From the NCBI GenBank assembly GCA_965247115.1, contig CBDFGR010000002.1, positions 352,001 to 416,000 on the forward strand: a DNA stretch of 64,000 nt, written 5' to 3'. The translations under genes and the position numbers were made by a program. Below are positions 48,213-57,019 of this stretch, one piece after another (the first letter of the stretch is position 1; each line of letters starts with the position of its first letter). Source of the stretch: Myxococcota bacterium (lineage in GTDB: Bacteria > Myxococcota_A > UBA9160 > SZUA-336). The notes beneath the pieces were generated by a model that had not been told where the DNA came from, ran no database searches, and worked only from the letters and a program-made list of their open reading frames with translations.

Positions 48213-49328
48213 CTACCGTGGTGCCAGCCAGTCGAGCGGGTCCACCGGCTTGTTCATGTGGCGTATCTCGAAGTAAAGCCCGGGTCCAGAGATAGATCCA
48301 GTCTCCCCCACCCTGCCTATGGTCTGGTTCTCGTCCACCCAGTCCCCCGCCGCGGTCTCCAGCTCGTCCAGATACCCGGAAACCGTCACATTCCCTCCGC
48401 CGTGGTCCAGGATCGCCAGCTGTCCGAAGCCACGAAGCCAACCCGCGAAGAGTACCCTGCCTCGTGCGACGGCGCGGACCGGCTCACCGAGCTGCGACTC
48501 GATTTCGATGCCAGTACGGAGTGTTTCGGTCCCAAATTCAGGATCCTGTTGACGTCCGAACGGGAGTCGCACGACTCCCTCGACGGGCCAGGCGAGGGCC
48601 CCCACCTGGAGTCCCGCACCCGAGAAGCCCACCCCCGAGCGCGGCATTTTCTCGATGGCGCGCTCCAGCCGCTCCGCCGCGTCGCGTAGCTCCCTGGCGG
48701 CACGCAGCTCGTCCCGCGAGCGGGAGTGGAGCAAGGCGATGGCGTTGCGCCGCTCGACCACGGTCTGACGAATCTGGTCCTCGCGACGGGCCAGCTCCTG
48801 CCCCGTACCCGCTAGCTCCTCCAGCAGCGCCAGGCCGAGGTCCCGCTGGCGCTGCCAGGCGGTTTGCGCCTCCCGAAAGCCGGCGAAGAGCTGGCGGTCC
48901 TGCTCAAGGACCCGGGTCAGCCCTTGCCTGCTGCGTGCGAAGGACTGGAAGTCGCGGGCTGAGTAGAGCACCCGCACGCCGCCGACGGATGAGAACTTGT
49001 AGAGGGAGACCAGGCGTGCTTCCAGCCGCGTCCGACTCGCGTCCATCCGCTTCGCGGCAACAGCGGTGCGAACCCGCGCTTCCGCCAGGTCCTGCTCCGC
49101 AGTCCGCGCGTGGCTGCGTAGCCGCGCTATGCTCCGCCGCAGCTCGTTGAGCTCGCGATCGATGCCGTCGAGCTCCTCGAGGAGCCCGTCCGCCTCCTCG
49201 CGGTAGTCGGCGGCGCGCGTCTCGCGCTGCTCGATCTCACGCCGGACGCTCTCGAGGCGCGATTGCTGGTCAGCCTGCCCGCCGGCTGGCAGTAGCAGAA
49301 GAAGCACCGCGAGCAGCAGGGGACTCAG
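48213..49328 (-). CDS. envC: Murein hydrolase activator EnvC (coiled coil plus degenerate M23); probable CTG start
   Basis: Hydrophobic signal, long coiled coil, WPVEG, G..I, LDHG, LYFEIR...PVDP; lacks the M23 Zn ligands; follows ftsEX. Confidence 0.88.
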   Translation of the reverse strand: MSPLLLAVLLLLLPAGGQADQQSRLESVRREIEQRETRAADYREEADGLLEELDGIDRELNELRRSIARLRSHARTAEQDLAEARVRTAVAAKRMDASRTRLEARLVSLYKFSSVGGVRVLYSARDFQSFARSRQGLTRVLEQDRQLFAGFREAQTAWQRQRDLGLALLEELAGTGQELARREDQIRQTVVERRNAIALLHSRSRDELRAARELRDAAERLERAIEKMPRSGVGFSGAGLQVGALAWPVEGVVRLPFGRQQDPEFGTETLRTGIEIESQLGEPVRAVARGRVLFAGWLRGFGQLAILDHGGGNVTVSGYLDELETAAGDWVDENQTIGRVGETGSISGPGLYFEIRHMNKPVDPLDWLAPR

Positions 49329-50242
49329 GGTCTCTCCTCGAGCCGGAACAGCGAGACGACGGCACCGCCGCAGCCGAGCCCTACACCGAACAGCAACAGC
49401 ACGAAAATCTGCAGCGGCCCGAAGAACTCGGGCTTGGCGGAGCCGCTCAGGAACTCGAGCGGCTCTCCGACAATCGGGAGACCGATCGCCCAGAGCGCGT
49501 AGAGCAGCAGCAGCGCCACCGCCGCTGCGATCCCTCCCTGCAATCCCCCCTCGAGATAGAAAGGAAGCCGCACAAAGAGCCCACCGGCACCCACGAGTCG
49601 CTGGATCTGGATCTCGTCCGCGCGGGCGTGAACCGTCAGCCGAACCGTGCCGGCCACGATCGCTCCCAGCACGATCGCGAGAAAGATGCCGAGCCCGAGC
49701 CCCAGCCACTCCGCCACCCGGACGACTCGCGCGTAGCTCGTGACCCAGTCCTCGCCATAGTGCACCTCCGCGATGCCGGCAAAGGTCCGAACGCGTTCCG
49801 CCAGCGCCCCCAGCGCTGCGGGCGAGCGCATGCTCGCATCGAGAGCGAGCTCAAAGGACGCCGGCAAGGGATTGCGTTCCAGGCCTTCGAGGATCGCCGC
49901 ATCGCCGCCGAGCTGGGCGCGCAGTCGCTCGAGCCCCTCGCCGGGCGAGACGAAGCGAACCCCCGACACACCCGGGAGCGCGACGAGCTCGCGCGCCAGC
50001 TCCGCAGCCGCCTCCGCGTCGGGCGCGTCCCCCTGCGGCGCAAAGGCCACGATGCGCAGGTCGCGGCCGAACTCCTCGAGCACGTCGCGCATGTTTCCCA
50101 CGATCAGCAGATACGCGCCCAGCACGAGCAGTCCCGCCGACATGGTCCCGACCGAGACCGCCGCGACCAGCGGCGCGGCAAAGAAGCCGCGCAGACCATT
50201 GCGACACGCGAGCACGAGCCGACGCGTTGCCCCGCCCCGCAT
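49325..50242 (-). CDS. ftsX: Cell division permease FtsX
   Basis: NPLPASF, TVRL...R..EI.I..LVGA...FVRLPF.LEG. Confidence 0.93.
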   Translation of the reverse strand: MRGGATRRLVLACRNGLRGFFAAPLVAAVSVGTMSAGLLVLGAYLLIVGNMRDVLEEFGRDLRIVAFAPQGDAPDAEAAAELARELVALPGVSGVRFVSPGEGLERLRAQLGGDAAILEGLERNPLPASFELALDASMRSPAALGALAERVRTFAGIAEVHYGEDWVTSYARVVRVAEWLGLGLGIFLAIVLGAIVAGTVRLTVHARADEIQIQRLVGAGGLFVRLPFYLEGGLQGGIAAAVALLLLYALWAIGLPIVGEPLEFLSGSAKPEFFGPLQIFVLLLFGVGLGCGGAVVSLFRLEERP

Positions 50243-50946
50243 CAGCGCCTCCCAGCGACCTCGCGAGCCCGCACGCGCGCTCGTGGCTGCTCGTCCGCGA
50301 CCAGGCGCCCGTCGGAGAGATCGATGCGACGATGAGGGTAGCGACCCAGGAGCGTAGGATCGTGGGTCGCGACGATGACGGTGGTGCCACGCGCGTTGGC
50401 GTCTGCGATGATGTCCATGATGTCCCGGGCGAGCTCGGGATCCAGGTTCCCCGTCGGCTCGTCGGCCAGCAGGAGCGGCGGATCCGTGACCAGCGCGCGG
50501 GCAATCGCGACGCGCTGCTGCTCTCCTCCGGAGAGCGCTCGCGGTCGGTGCTCCATGCGATGCCCCAGGCCCAGGCGTTTGAGCGTGCTCCAGACGCGGG
50601 TCCGGGTCTCGCGCCGCGAAGCGCCCGCAATCTCGAGCGCGATCGCCACGTTGTCGTGAACCGTGCGGTCTGACAGGAGCTTGAAGTCCTGGAAGATCAC
50701 ACCGATCTGGCGTCGCAGACGCGGGATCTCCGACCCCCGGACGCGGCTGATGTTGCGGCCCGCAACCAGGATCTGTCCTGAGGTCGGGTGCTCTGCACCG
50801 AAGAGCAGGCGCAGGAGCGAGGTCTTGCCGGCCCCACTCGCTCCTGTGAGGAACACGAACTCACCGCGTGCGATATCGAGAGAGACGTCCCGCAGCGCCC
50901 GGACACCGCCGTCGTAACGGAGCTCGATGTGGTAGAGCTGGATCAA
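50242..50946 (-). CDS. ftsE: Cell division ATP-binding protein FtsE
   Basis: GASGAGKTS, LRRQIGVIFQDFKLL, LSGGEQQRVAIARA, ADEPTGNLD. Confidence 0.96.
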   Translation of the reverse strand: MIQLYHIELRYDGGVRALRDVSLDIARGEFVFLTGASGAGKTSLLRLLFGAEHPTSGQILVAGRNISRVRGSEIPRLRRQIGVIFQDFKLLSDRTVHDNVAIALEIAGASRRETRTRVWSTLKRLGLGHRMEHRPRALSGGEQQRVAIARALVTDPPLLLADEPTGNLDPELARDIMDIIADANARGTTVIVATHDPTLLGRYPHRRIDLSDGRLVADEQPRARVRAREVAGRR

Positions 50947-50966
50947 TGTGAGTGCCCGGAGGGGGG

Positions 50967-51350
50967 CTAGCGTGCAGAGATGTACTCGAGAACGAGCTCG
51001 TCGAGGGGTCGGTCGCTGATCACGCCGGCGCCGAACGCCTCCGCAGGCTCCATGCCTGCCATGCTGTCGTCGGCTGTCGTCCCAGCACCGATCTTGGCGT
51101 CGAGCGACCCGTCCTTCAGCGCCTCCACCATCACCCGGTGCTGCTCCTCCATGAGCTGGCGGACCCTCTCCTCGAGCTCACCGGTGCGGTCGTCCTTCCC
51201 GAGCTCGTAGCTCGACTTCGTCGAGTAGAGAATCGCGCCGCCCTCGTACAAGAGCGTGATGATCTGAGGACTCTCGCGCCCGCCGTCCTCGGTCTGCACG
51301 TGAAACGTGCGCCCGACGTAGAGGACGTTCGTATTGGATCCCCCGACCAT
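50967..51350 (-). CDS. Conserved-looking hypothetical protein
   Basis: ATG with a GAGAGG RBS; G.NTNV...G..FHVQTED.G...P.I.T..Y..G.IL motif and MEEQH..M..L. Confidence 0.75.
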   Translation of the reverse strand: MVGGSNTNVLYVGRTFHVQTEDGGRESPQIITLLYEGGAILYSTKSSYELGKDDRTGELEERVRQLMEEQHRVMVEALKDGSLDAKIGAGTTADDSMAGMEPAEAFGAGVISDRPLDELVLEYISAR

Positions 51351-51556
51351 GGCCTCTCAACCCCTCCCCGGAGAAGTGTGCACTACCGACAAGCCTGTCG
51401 CCATTATCGGCTCAATTCTCTTTACCCTTTGAGCTGGACCCACCCTTGAGCAGGACCGACGCCCTCGCAGCTCGGCACGATGCGCGGCCACGCGAGTGGT
51501 TTGCCCAGAACGGCATAGGTTGATTTGAAGGAGACTCGGACGGCGGAGTTCGCTAC

Positions 51557-53662
51557 TTGGAGGCGCGGATGACAGTAGAGGGCCAGGGAGTCTTCCGCGT
51601 GCGCCAGTGGCTCGCTTCGAAGTGGATGCGGCTGTTGAGGTTCTTTCGCGACTCGACCAATTTGGGGTTGGTTCTGCTGGCAGTGGTGGTGGGACTCCTG
51701 GGCGGGGCCGGGGCGATTGTGTTCCGGATTCTCATCGCGGAGGCGCACGCGCTGTTTTTCGGGGGGAGCGAGCGGGTCCTGCCCTTCCTCGGGGATGCGC
51801 GGCTGATTCTGCTGCCCGCTGCGGGACTTCTGATTGTCACGGCAATCGTGCGGCGCTGGGCGCCGGAGGCCAGAGGGCACGGCGTGCCAGAGGTCCAGTA
51901 CGCGGTGCGTCGGCGCGGCGGGAGGATCCGACCGCGCGTGGCCGCGATCAAGGCGCTGGCAAGCGCCCTCTGCATCGGCAGCGGGGGCTCCGTCGGGCGC
52001 GAGGGTCCGATCGTTCAGATCGGCAGCACGCTCGGGAGCACCGTCGGCGGCCTCCTCGGGCTCCGTGAGGGCAGCGTCAAGCTGCTGGTCGCCTGCGGCG
52101 CCGCCGCGGGCATCGGGGGCACCTTCAACGCGCCCATCGCGGGGGTGTTATTCGCGATGGAGGTCATCCTGGGCACCTTCACCGCGCGCAGCTTCGGCGT
52201 CGTGGTGCTCGCCTCGGTTGCGTCCACTGCGCTCGTGCAATCGATTGTCGGACGCGAGCCTGCCTTCGCGCTGCTGCAGGTGTTCTCGCTGGTGAGCCCC
52301 CTGGAGCTCCCCCTCTATCTGGGACTCGGAGTGGTGGCCGGCGCGCTCGCGGTCGTCTACGTGCGCACGCTTTACAGCCTCGAGCACGCCTTCAGCCGCG
52401 CGCCCGGCAGTCCCTATCTCAAGGCGTTGGTCGGGGGCCTGGGCGTGGGTCTGATCGGGTACGTGAGCGTTCTCTACCTGGGAGGCCCACACCTGTTCGG
52501 CGTTGGCTACGAGGCGATCGAGCAGGCGCTGGGCCTGGGCAAGCTGTCGGCGGTCGGACCAGGTCAGATGACACTCGCCGTGCTGGCCACCCTGGCCGGA
52601 CTCAAGATCATCGCGACCTCGCTTACGCTCGCTGCGGGTGGCTCCGGTGGCGTCTTCGCACCCGCGCTCTTCATCGGCGCGATGACGGGCGGGGCGTTCG
52701 GGATCGCGGTCGGAGAACTCGCACCGACGCTGACCGCACCGCCTGGGGCGTACGCGCTCGTCGGCATGGGGGCGCTCTTTGCGGGCGCCGCGCACGCACC
52801 GCTCAGCTCGATCCTGATCCTCTTCGAGATGACGGACGACTACCAGATCATCCTGCCGCTGATGCTCGCGGTTGTGGTCAGTCACCTGGTCGCGTCCTGG
52901 CTCAACGCGGATTCGATCTACACCATCAAGCTCCGCCATCTCGGCGGCACCTCCCCGTTGCAGGCGGCGCGCGGGAGCGTGCTCGATCTCGTGCTGGTCG
53001 TCGATGCCATGAGCCCGGATGTCCACTCGGTCACTCCCGAGGTCCCGGTCATCGACCTCGTCAACGAGTTCCGCGATGAGACGCTCCGCAGTCTACCCGT
53101 CGTCGATCGCGCGGACTCGTTCGTAGGCCTGGTGACCGCAACCGACGTACAGACCGCCCTCATCGGGGGAAGTGGCGACCGGCAGACCGCCGCGGACATC
53201 ATGACTACGAGCGTGGTCAGCTGCCGCCCGGACGAGAGTCTGCGCGCGGTGCTGCAGCGAATCAGCGATCAGGACGTCGCGCAGGTGCCCGTCGTAGCCA
53301 AGGAGGATCCGTCGCGCCTGCTGGGCCTGCTCCGCCGCGAACAGATTCTGTGGGCCATCGGAGAGATGACCAGCGAACACGGGCGCCTCCTGGACCGGGT
53401 CGGCCTGGATCAGTCCGCAGGGGAAGACTCGGTCCAGATCTCGCTCGAGGTGCGCGCGGCGCATCGTGAGCTCTGCTTCAAGCGCCTGCGCGAGCTCGAG
53501 CTCCCGGAGCAGTGCCTGGTCACGATCCTCCGCCGCGGCGACCGCGCCAGCGTCCCGAACGGCAACACCGTGATCGAGCCCGGAGACGTTCTCGCCCTCG
53601 TGACCACCCAGAGCCACGAGACCCGCCTACGCACCTGGATCTCCCTTCTCGACACCTCGTGA
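51557..53662 (+). CDS. CLC family Cl-/H+ antiporter with a CBS pair and a C-terminal TrkA-C (RCK_C) domain
   Basis: GHGVPE, GSVGREGP, FNAPIAG..FA.E, GGVFAP, EMT..Y, SIY; CBS repeats; LRELELP..CLV..LRRG....P.GNT.I.PGD.L. Start uncertain (51557 or 51569). Confidence 0.92.
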   Translation: MEARMTVEGQGVFRVRQWLASKWMRLLRFFRDSTNLGLVLLAVVVGLLGGAGAIVFRILIAEAHALFFGGSERVLPFLGDARLILLPAAGLLIVTAIVRRWAPEARGHGVPEVQYAVRRRGGRIRPRVAAIKALASALCIGSGGSVGREGPIVQIGSTLGSTVGGLLGLREGSVKLLVACGAAAGIGGTFNAPIAGVLFAMEVILGTFTARSFGVVVLASVASTALVQSIVGREPAFALLQVFSLVSPLELPLYLGLGVVAGALAVVYVRTLYSLEHAFSRAPGSPYLKALVGGLGVGLIGYVSVLYLGGPHLFGVGYEAIEQALGLGKLSAVGPGQMTLAVLATLAGLKIIATSLTLAAGGSGGVFAPALFIGAMTGGAFGIAVGELAPTLTAPPGAYALVGMGALFAGAAHAPLSSILILFEMTDDYQIILPLMLAVVVSHLVASWLNADSIYTIKLRHLGGTSPLQAARGSVLDLVLVVDAMSPDVHSVTPEVPVIDLVNEFRDETLRSLPVVDRADSFVGLVTATDVQTALIGGSGDRQTAADIMTTSVVSCRPDESLRAVLQRISDQDVAQVPVVAKEDPSRLLGLLRREQILWAIGEMTSEHGRLLDRVGLDQSAGEDSVQISLEVRAAHRELCFKRLRELELPEQCLVTILRRGDRASVPNGNTVIEPGDVLALVTTQSHETRLRTWISLLDTS

Positions 53663-53693
53663 GCCTTGTGGGTCTCTTCTTGTGGGACCCGGC

Positions 53694-53920
53694 CTTGTGG
53701 GACCCGGCCGCGGGCGTCCGCGGCCACCCACCTCCGCTCAGGCCTTCGGCCTTCGCTGCGCGCACCGCGTTCCGCGGCGCTTGCACGGTTGCCGGTCTGG
53801 CTGGCAGTTGGAGAGCGAGAAGGCAACCTGCAAGCGCCGCGGAACGCGGCGCGCGCAGCGAAGGGCTTGGCCCTGAGCGGAGGTGGGTGGCCGCGGACGC
53901 CCGCGGCCGGGTCCCACAAG
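53694..53920. repeat. ~227-bp palindromic non-coding element (REPIN/MITE-like) with ~100-bp inverted arms
   Basis: The left arm (53694-53793) is nearly the exact reverse complement of the right arm (53822-53920). Extra terminal-motif copies CTTGTGGG lie at 53665 and 53679. Sits between convergent genes. Confidence 0.9.
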
Positions 53921-53922
53921 AC

Positions 53923-55326
53923 TCAGTGCTGCGGTTCGGAGCGGCGGGAGTAGTTGCCGCCACTCCAGGCGTCTAGATGGGCGACGAGCTCGCGTGCGCG
54001 AATCGTGAGCTCGGCGCGCTCGGCCGCGGCATCCGCGTCGAGCGCGGCCAGGCGGAGGAGCAGGCGCTGGCGCTCGAAGTAGAGCCGGTTCACGCGCTCC
54101 AGTACCTGGTCTCGCAACTCCACCAGCTGACGCCGTTCGCGCGAGATGTCGAGCGCCTGGTCGGGCAGGGCGCTGCGGGCGAGCTCCCATACGAATGCGA
54201 GGTCGAGGCTGAGACCGTTGTCCCGCTCGGATGACGTGTCGAACAGATTGCGCACGCGACCCGAAGAGAACACCTCGTCGTGGTCGCTGTCGCGCGCTCT
54301 ATCCCGGTCGAAGGAGAGCGTCGCCCGCACCTGTGGGATCCAGGCCGCGCGTCGTGCGCGCTCCTCGATTGCGGCGATGCGACGCGGCGAGATGTCGAGG
54401 TACGCCAGGACGGCGCGATGCAAGCTGCGGATCTCCGATCGCTGGGCGGCCAGACCTTGTAGCGCCAGCACGGGCTTGAGCTCCGCGCTCAGCTCGAGCG
54501 AAGCGACACCGCGCCGTGTAGCAACGAGAAGGCGCTCGCCCGAGTGCACCAGGGCTACGGCGTCGGCATGGACGGCCGCCTGCGGGACGCCGCGTTCGAG
54601 CTCGGACAGCGCGATCGGGTAGGCGCCTCGCTCCGAGGCTACCCACAGTGTGGAGCCCACCAGGGCGATGTCGCGCAGCTCTCCGACTCCCGGTTCGAGC
54701 CGCCGCGCTCCCTTCGCGTCGAGACTCCAGAGGCCGCGCGGTACGCACAGGATGGAGCCTCCACCGATGTCGACGGCGGCACGCAGCTCCCACCAGCCTT
54801 CCTCGAGTCCGCGCAGTACGCGCTCGAAGGCTGGACCCTCGCCGCGCCGCCAGATGGCCCCCTGCATGGCCACCCACACCCCCGCAGAGGACGCGCGCAC
54901 GGACGTGACGGCCCCGCCGGGCAGCGACACCTCGCGCTGAAAGCTCGCCGCACCTTGGGCTCGCGCGTACAGGCCCGACTCCGTGGCGACCCACTCGGTA
55001 TCCTGACGGTCGCTCGCCACGGCGCGGACCCGCGCCCCCACTCCGAGTGGAATCTCCGCAGGCCAGTCGGCGTCGCTTCGCCAGCGGTAGAGCCCCGCGG
55101 CGGTCGCGATCAACAAGTGCCCGTTCGCGCGCGCCAGGTCTCGAACCCCTCCGCGCGCCAGGATCAGTGACCAGCCATCGCTACCGTTCTGGTAGAGACC
55201 CCGCTCCGTGCCCAGCACGACCCGTTCGCCGTGGATCGCGACGCTGGTCGGTGGAGCGGGTGATGGGGCCGCGAGCCAGACCGGGAGGAGCAGCAGGTGA
55301 AGGGCCGCGAGCATGCCCGAGGTCAT
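53923..55326 (-). CDS. Secreted beta-propeller-repeat protein with a C-terminal TolC-like helix/strand segment
   Basis: Signal peptide, repeated (W/L)VAT..GLY blades, then RAAWIPQV...L...WEL...V.RLYFERQRL. Confidence 0.65.
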   Translation of the reverse strand: MTSGMLAALHLLLLPVWLAAPSPAPPTSVAIHGERVVLGTERGLYQNGSDGWSLILARGGVRDLARANGHLLIATAAGLYRWRSDADWPAEIPLGVGARVRAVASDRQDTEWVATESGLYARAQGAASFQREVSLPGGAVTSVRASSAGVWVAMQGAIWRRGEGPAFERVLRGLEEGWWELRAAVDIGGGSILCVPRGLWSLDAKGARRLEPGVGELRDIALVGSTLWVASERGAYPIALSELERGVPQAAVHADAVALVHSGERLLVATRRGVASLELSAELKPVLALQGLAAQRSEIRSLHRAVLAYLDISPRRIAAIEERARRAAWIPQVRATLSFDRDRARDSDHDEVFSSGRVRNLFDTSSERDNGLSLDLAFVWELARSALPDQALDISRERRQLVELRDQVLERVNRLYFERQRLLLRLAALDADAAAERAELTIRARELVAHLDAWSGGNYSRRSEPQH

Positions 55327-55553
55327 GAGCAAACGCCGTGCCGCGTCGCGACGGCAAAAAATGCCCTGTTTCAGCCACCTGCAACAGAGATGTGAACGAC
55401 CACTGGCACGCTCGTGAACCTGCGCACAAGCTCTCGGGGAACACGCTGCCACGTGCTTGACAGTCTCCCCCCCACGTCTAGAATCCGCCGCAGGCGCGCG
55501 GACTTCGGGCGCACGCAAAGCTGGAGGCGGCGAAGATTCTCGAACCCAGGCTC

Positions 55554-56072
55554 ATGCCCCGCCTCGTGCTCGCCCTTGTCCTCGGGGGCGCGACCGGCTG
55601 CTCCACCCCCGACGAGCCCGCAACGGGGCTGTATCAGTGGGTAGACGACTCTGGGGTCGTGCACTACACGACGGATCGCGAGCTCGTCCCGGAACGGTTC
55701 GAGTCGAGCAGGCGTCTGTTGAGCTCCGACCGGGGCAGCCGCGAGCGCGCGCTGGCCGCGCGGAGCGCGCCTGTTCGAACGGTGAACGAGGCGATGCCTG
55801 CGGTGCAGAGCCCGCCACCGGCGACGCAGAGCCCGCCTGCGGTGCAGAGCCCGCCACCGGCGACCCCTCCCCGCCGTGAGATCGACGTGCGCGCCATCGC
55901 CGAGCTCGAGGCCTCCATCGAGCGGGACCGCGAGTCGCTCAAGGACCTGATCAGCGAGGGCGAGTGGGAGGGTTCCGAGGTGACCACGAATTTGGAGCTG
56001 CGTGAGCTCGCAGAGCGCCTGGCGCGGCAGGAGTCGGAGCTCGCGGCGTTGCGCGGAAACGCCGAGCGCTGA
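55554..56072 (+). CDS. DUF4124 lipoprotein with a Pro-rich linker and coiled-coil tail
   Basis: Lipobox ATGC, LYQWVDDSGVVHYT....VPE.F. Confidence 0.78.
   Translation: MPRLVLALVLGGATGCSTPDEPATGLYQWVDDSGVVHYTTDRELVPERFESSRRLLSSDRGSRERALAARSAPVRTVNEAMPAVQSPPPATQSPPAVQSPPPATPPRREIDVRAIAELEASIERDRESLKDLISEGEWEGSEVTTNLELRELAERLARQESELAALRGNAER
55796..55864 (+). repeat. In-frame tandem repeat, 39-bp unit x ~1.8
   Basis: GCCTGCGGTGCAGAGCCCGCCACCGGCGACGCAGAGCCC followed by an exact copy of its first 30 nt; encodes PAVQSPPPATQSP-PAVQSPPPAT. Confidence 0.9.
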
Positions 56073-56077
56073 GCCCG

Positions 56078-57019
56078 GTGGGTCGGCCCGTCGTCGCCCT
56101 TGCTGGTGGAGTGGGTGCCGCCCGCTTTCTCGAAGGGCTGGTCCAGGTCGTCCCCCCCGACCAGGTAACCGCGGTCGTGAACACAGGCGATGACCGCGAC
56201 TTCTTTGGCCTGCGCGTCTGCCCGGACCTCGACATCGTGACCTACACGCTGGCAGGGATCGTGAACAGGGAGACGGGCTGGGGCTTCGAGGGCGAGACTT
56301 TTCACTGCCTCGAGGCACTCGGGCGACTGCGCGACGACACCTGGTTCGCGCTCGGCGACCGAGATCTGGCCACGCACGTGCAGCGGAGCGTTCGTCTGCG
56401 CGAGGGCGCATCGCTGACACAGGTCTGTGCCGAGCTCGCCAGCGCCTTCCAAGTGGAGGTCGAGATCCTGCCGATGACCCACGATCCCGCCCCCACCCGC
56501 ATCGTCGCCGCCGATGGCAGCGTGAGCGACTTTGAGGAATACCTGGTCCGCGACGGCGCGCCGTCGGAGTTGCGGGAGGTGGATCTCCGCGCGGCGGCGG
56601 CCGCGCGGCCGACCGCGGAGATGCTCGAGGCGCTCGATGCTGCAGAGATCCTGCTCATCTGCCCCAGTAACCCGGTGGTCTCCATCGGCACCATCCTCGC
56701 GCTGCCCGGCGTGCGCGAACGGCTCCAGACCCGACGCTGCGCCGTGGGCATCAGCCCCATCATCGGCGGTCGTCCGGTCAAGGGCCCGGCCGACCGTCTG
56801 CTGCCTGCCGTTGGCGCGGAGGTCTCCGCGCTGGGCGTGGCGAAGCTGTATCGCGACCTCATCAGCGGCTTTGTGATCGACCGCGCAGATGCCCTGCTGG
56901 CAGCGGAGATCGAGGCCCTCGGGCTCGCGGTGCGAGTCGAAGACACGCTCATGAAAGACGCGAAGGTCGCGGCCAACCTGGCCGCAGCCGTGCTCGAGCT
57001 GGCAGGGTGGAGCGCGTGA
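56078..57019 (+). CDS. cofD: 2-phospho-L-lactate/PEP transferase (F420 biosynthesis, CofD/FbiA)
   Basis: LAGGVGAARFL.GL, VNTGDD, CPDLDIV.YTLAG, WF.LGDRDLATH, PSNPVVSI, SPIIGG.PVKGPA. Confidence 0.95.
   Translation: MGRPVVALAGGVGAARFLEGLVQVVPPDQVTAVVNTGDDRDFFGLRVCPDLDIVTYTLAGIVNRETGWGFEGETFHCLEALGRLRDDTWFALGDRDLATHVQRSVRLREGASLTQVCAELASAFQVEVEILPMTHDPAPTRIVAADGSVSDFEEYLVRDGAPSELREVDLRAAAAARPTAEMLEALDAAEILLICPSNPVVSIGTILALPGVRERLQTRRCAVGISPIIGGRPVKGPADRLLPAVGAEVSALGVAKLYRDLISGFVIDRADALLAAEIEALGLAVRVEDTLMKDAKVAANLAAAVLELAGWSA

Noticed and set aside
44179..48689. Very long antisense ORFs (710 aa opposite dxs, 641 aa opposite ctpA; similarly 33315-34928 and 17266-18771)
   Set aside because: Expected stop-poor mirror frames of high-GC genes; no motifs or RBS, and fully overlapping confident genes.
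51351..51570. Fluoride riboswitch ahead of the CLC gene (GGCGGAGTTCGC resembles part of the motif)
   Set aside because: The rest of the consensus is absent, and the protein has GREGP/GVFAP rather than the CLC-F GREGT/GEVTP signatures.
53665..53710. CRISPR-like array from tandem CTTGTGGG repeats
   Set aside because: The units are 14-15 nt apart with no unique spacers, and no cas genes are present.
53410..54190. Several ORFs across the palindromic element
   Set aside because: They give mirror-image translations on both strands, an artefact of the palindrome, with no transposase motif.
55403..55420. Sigma-54 promoter (TGGCACG...)
   Set aside because: The -24 element matches but there is no GC at the -12 position.
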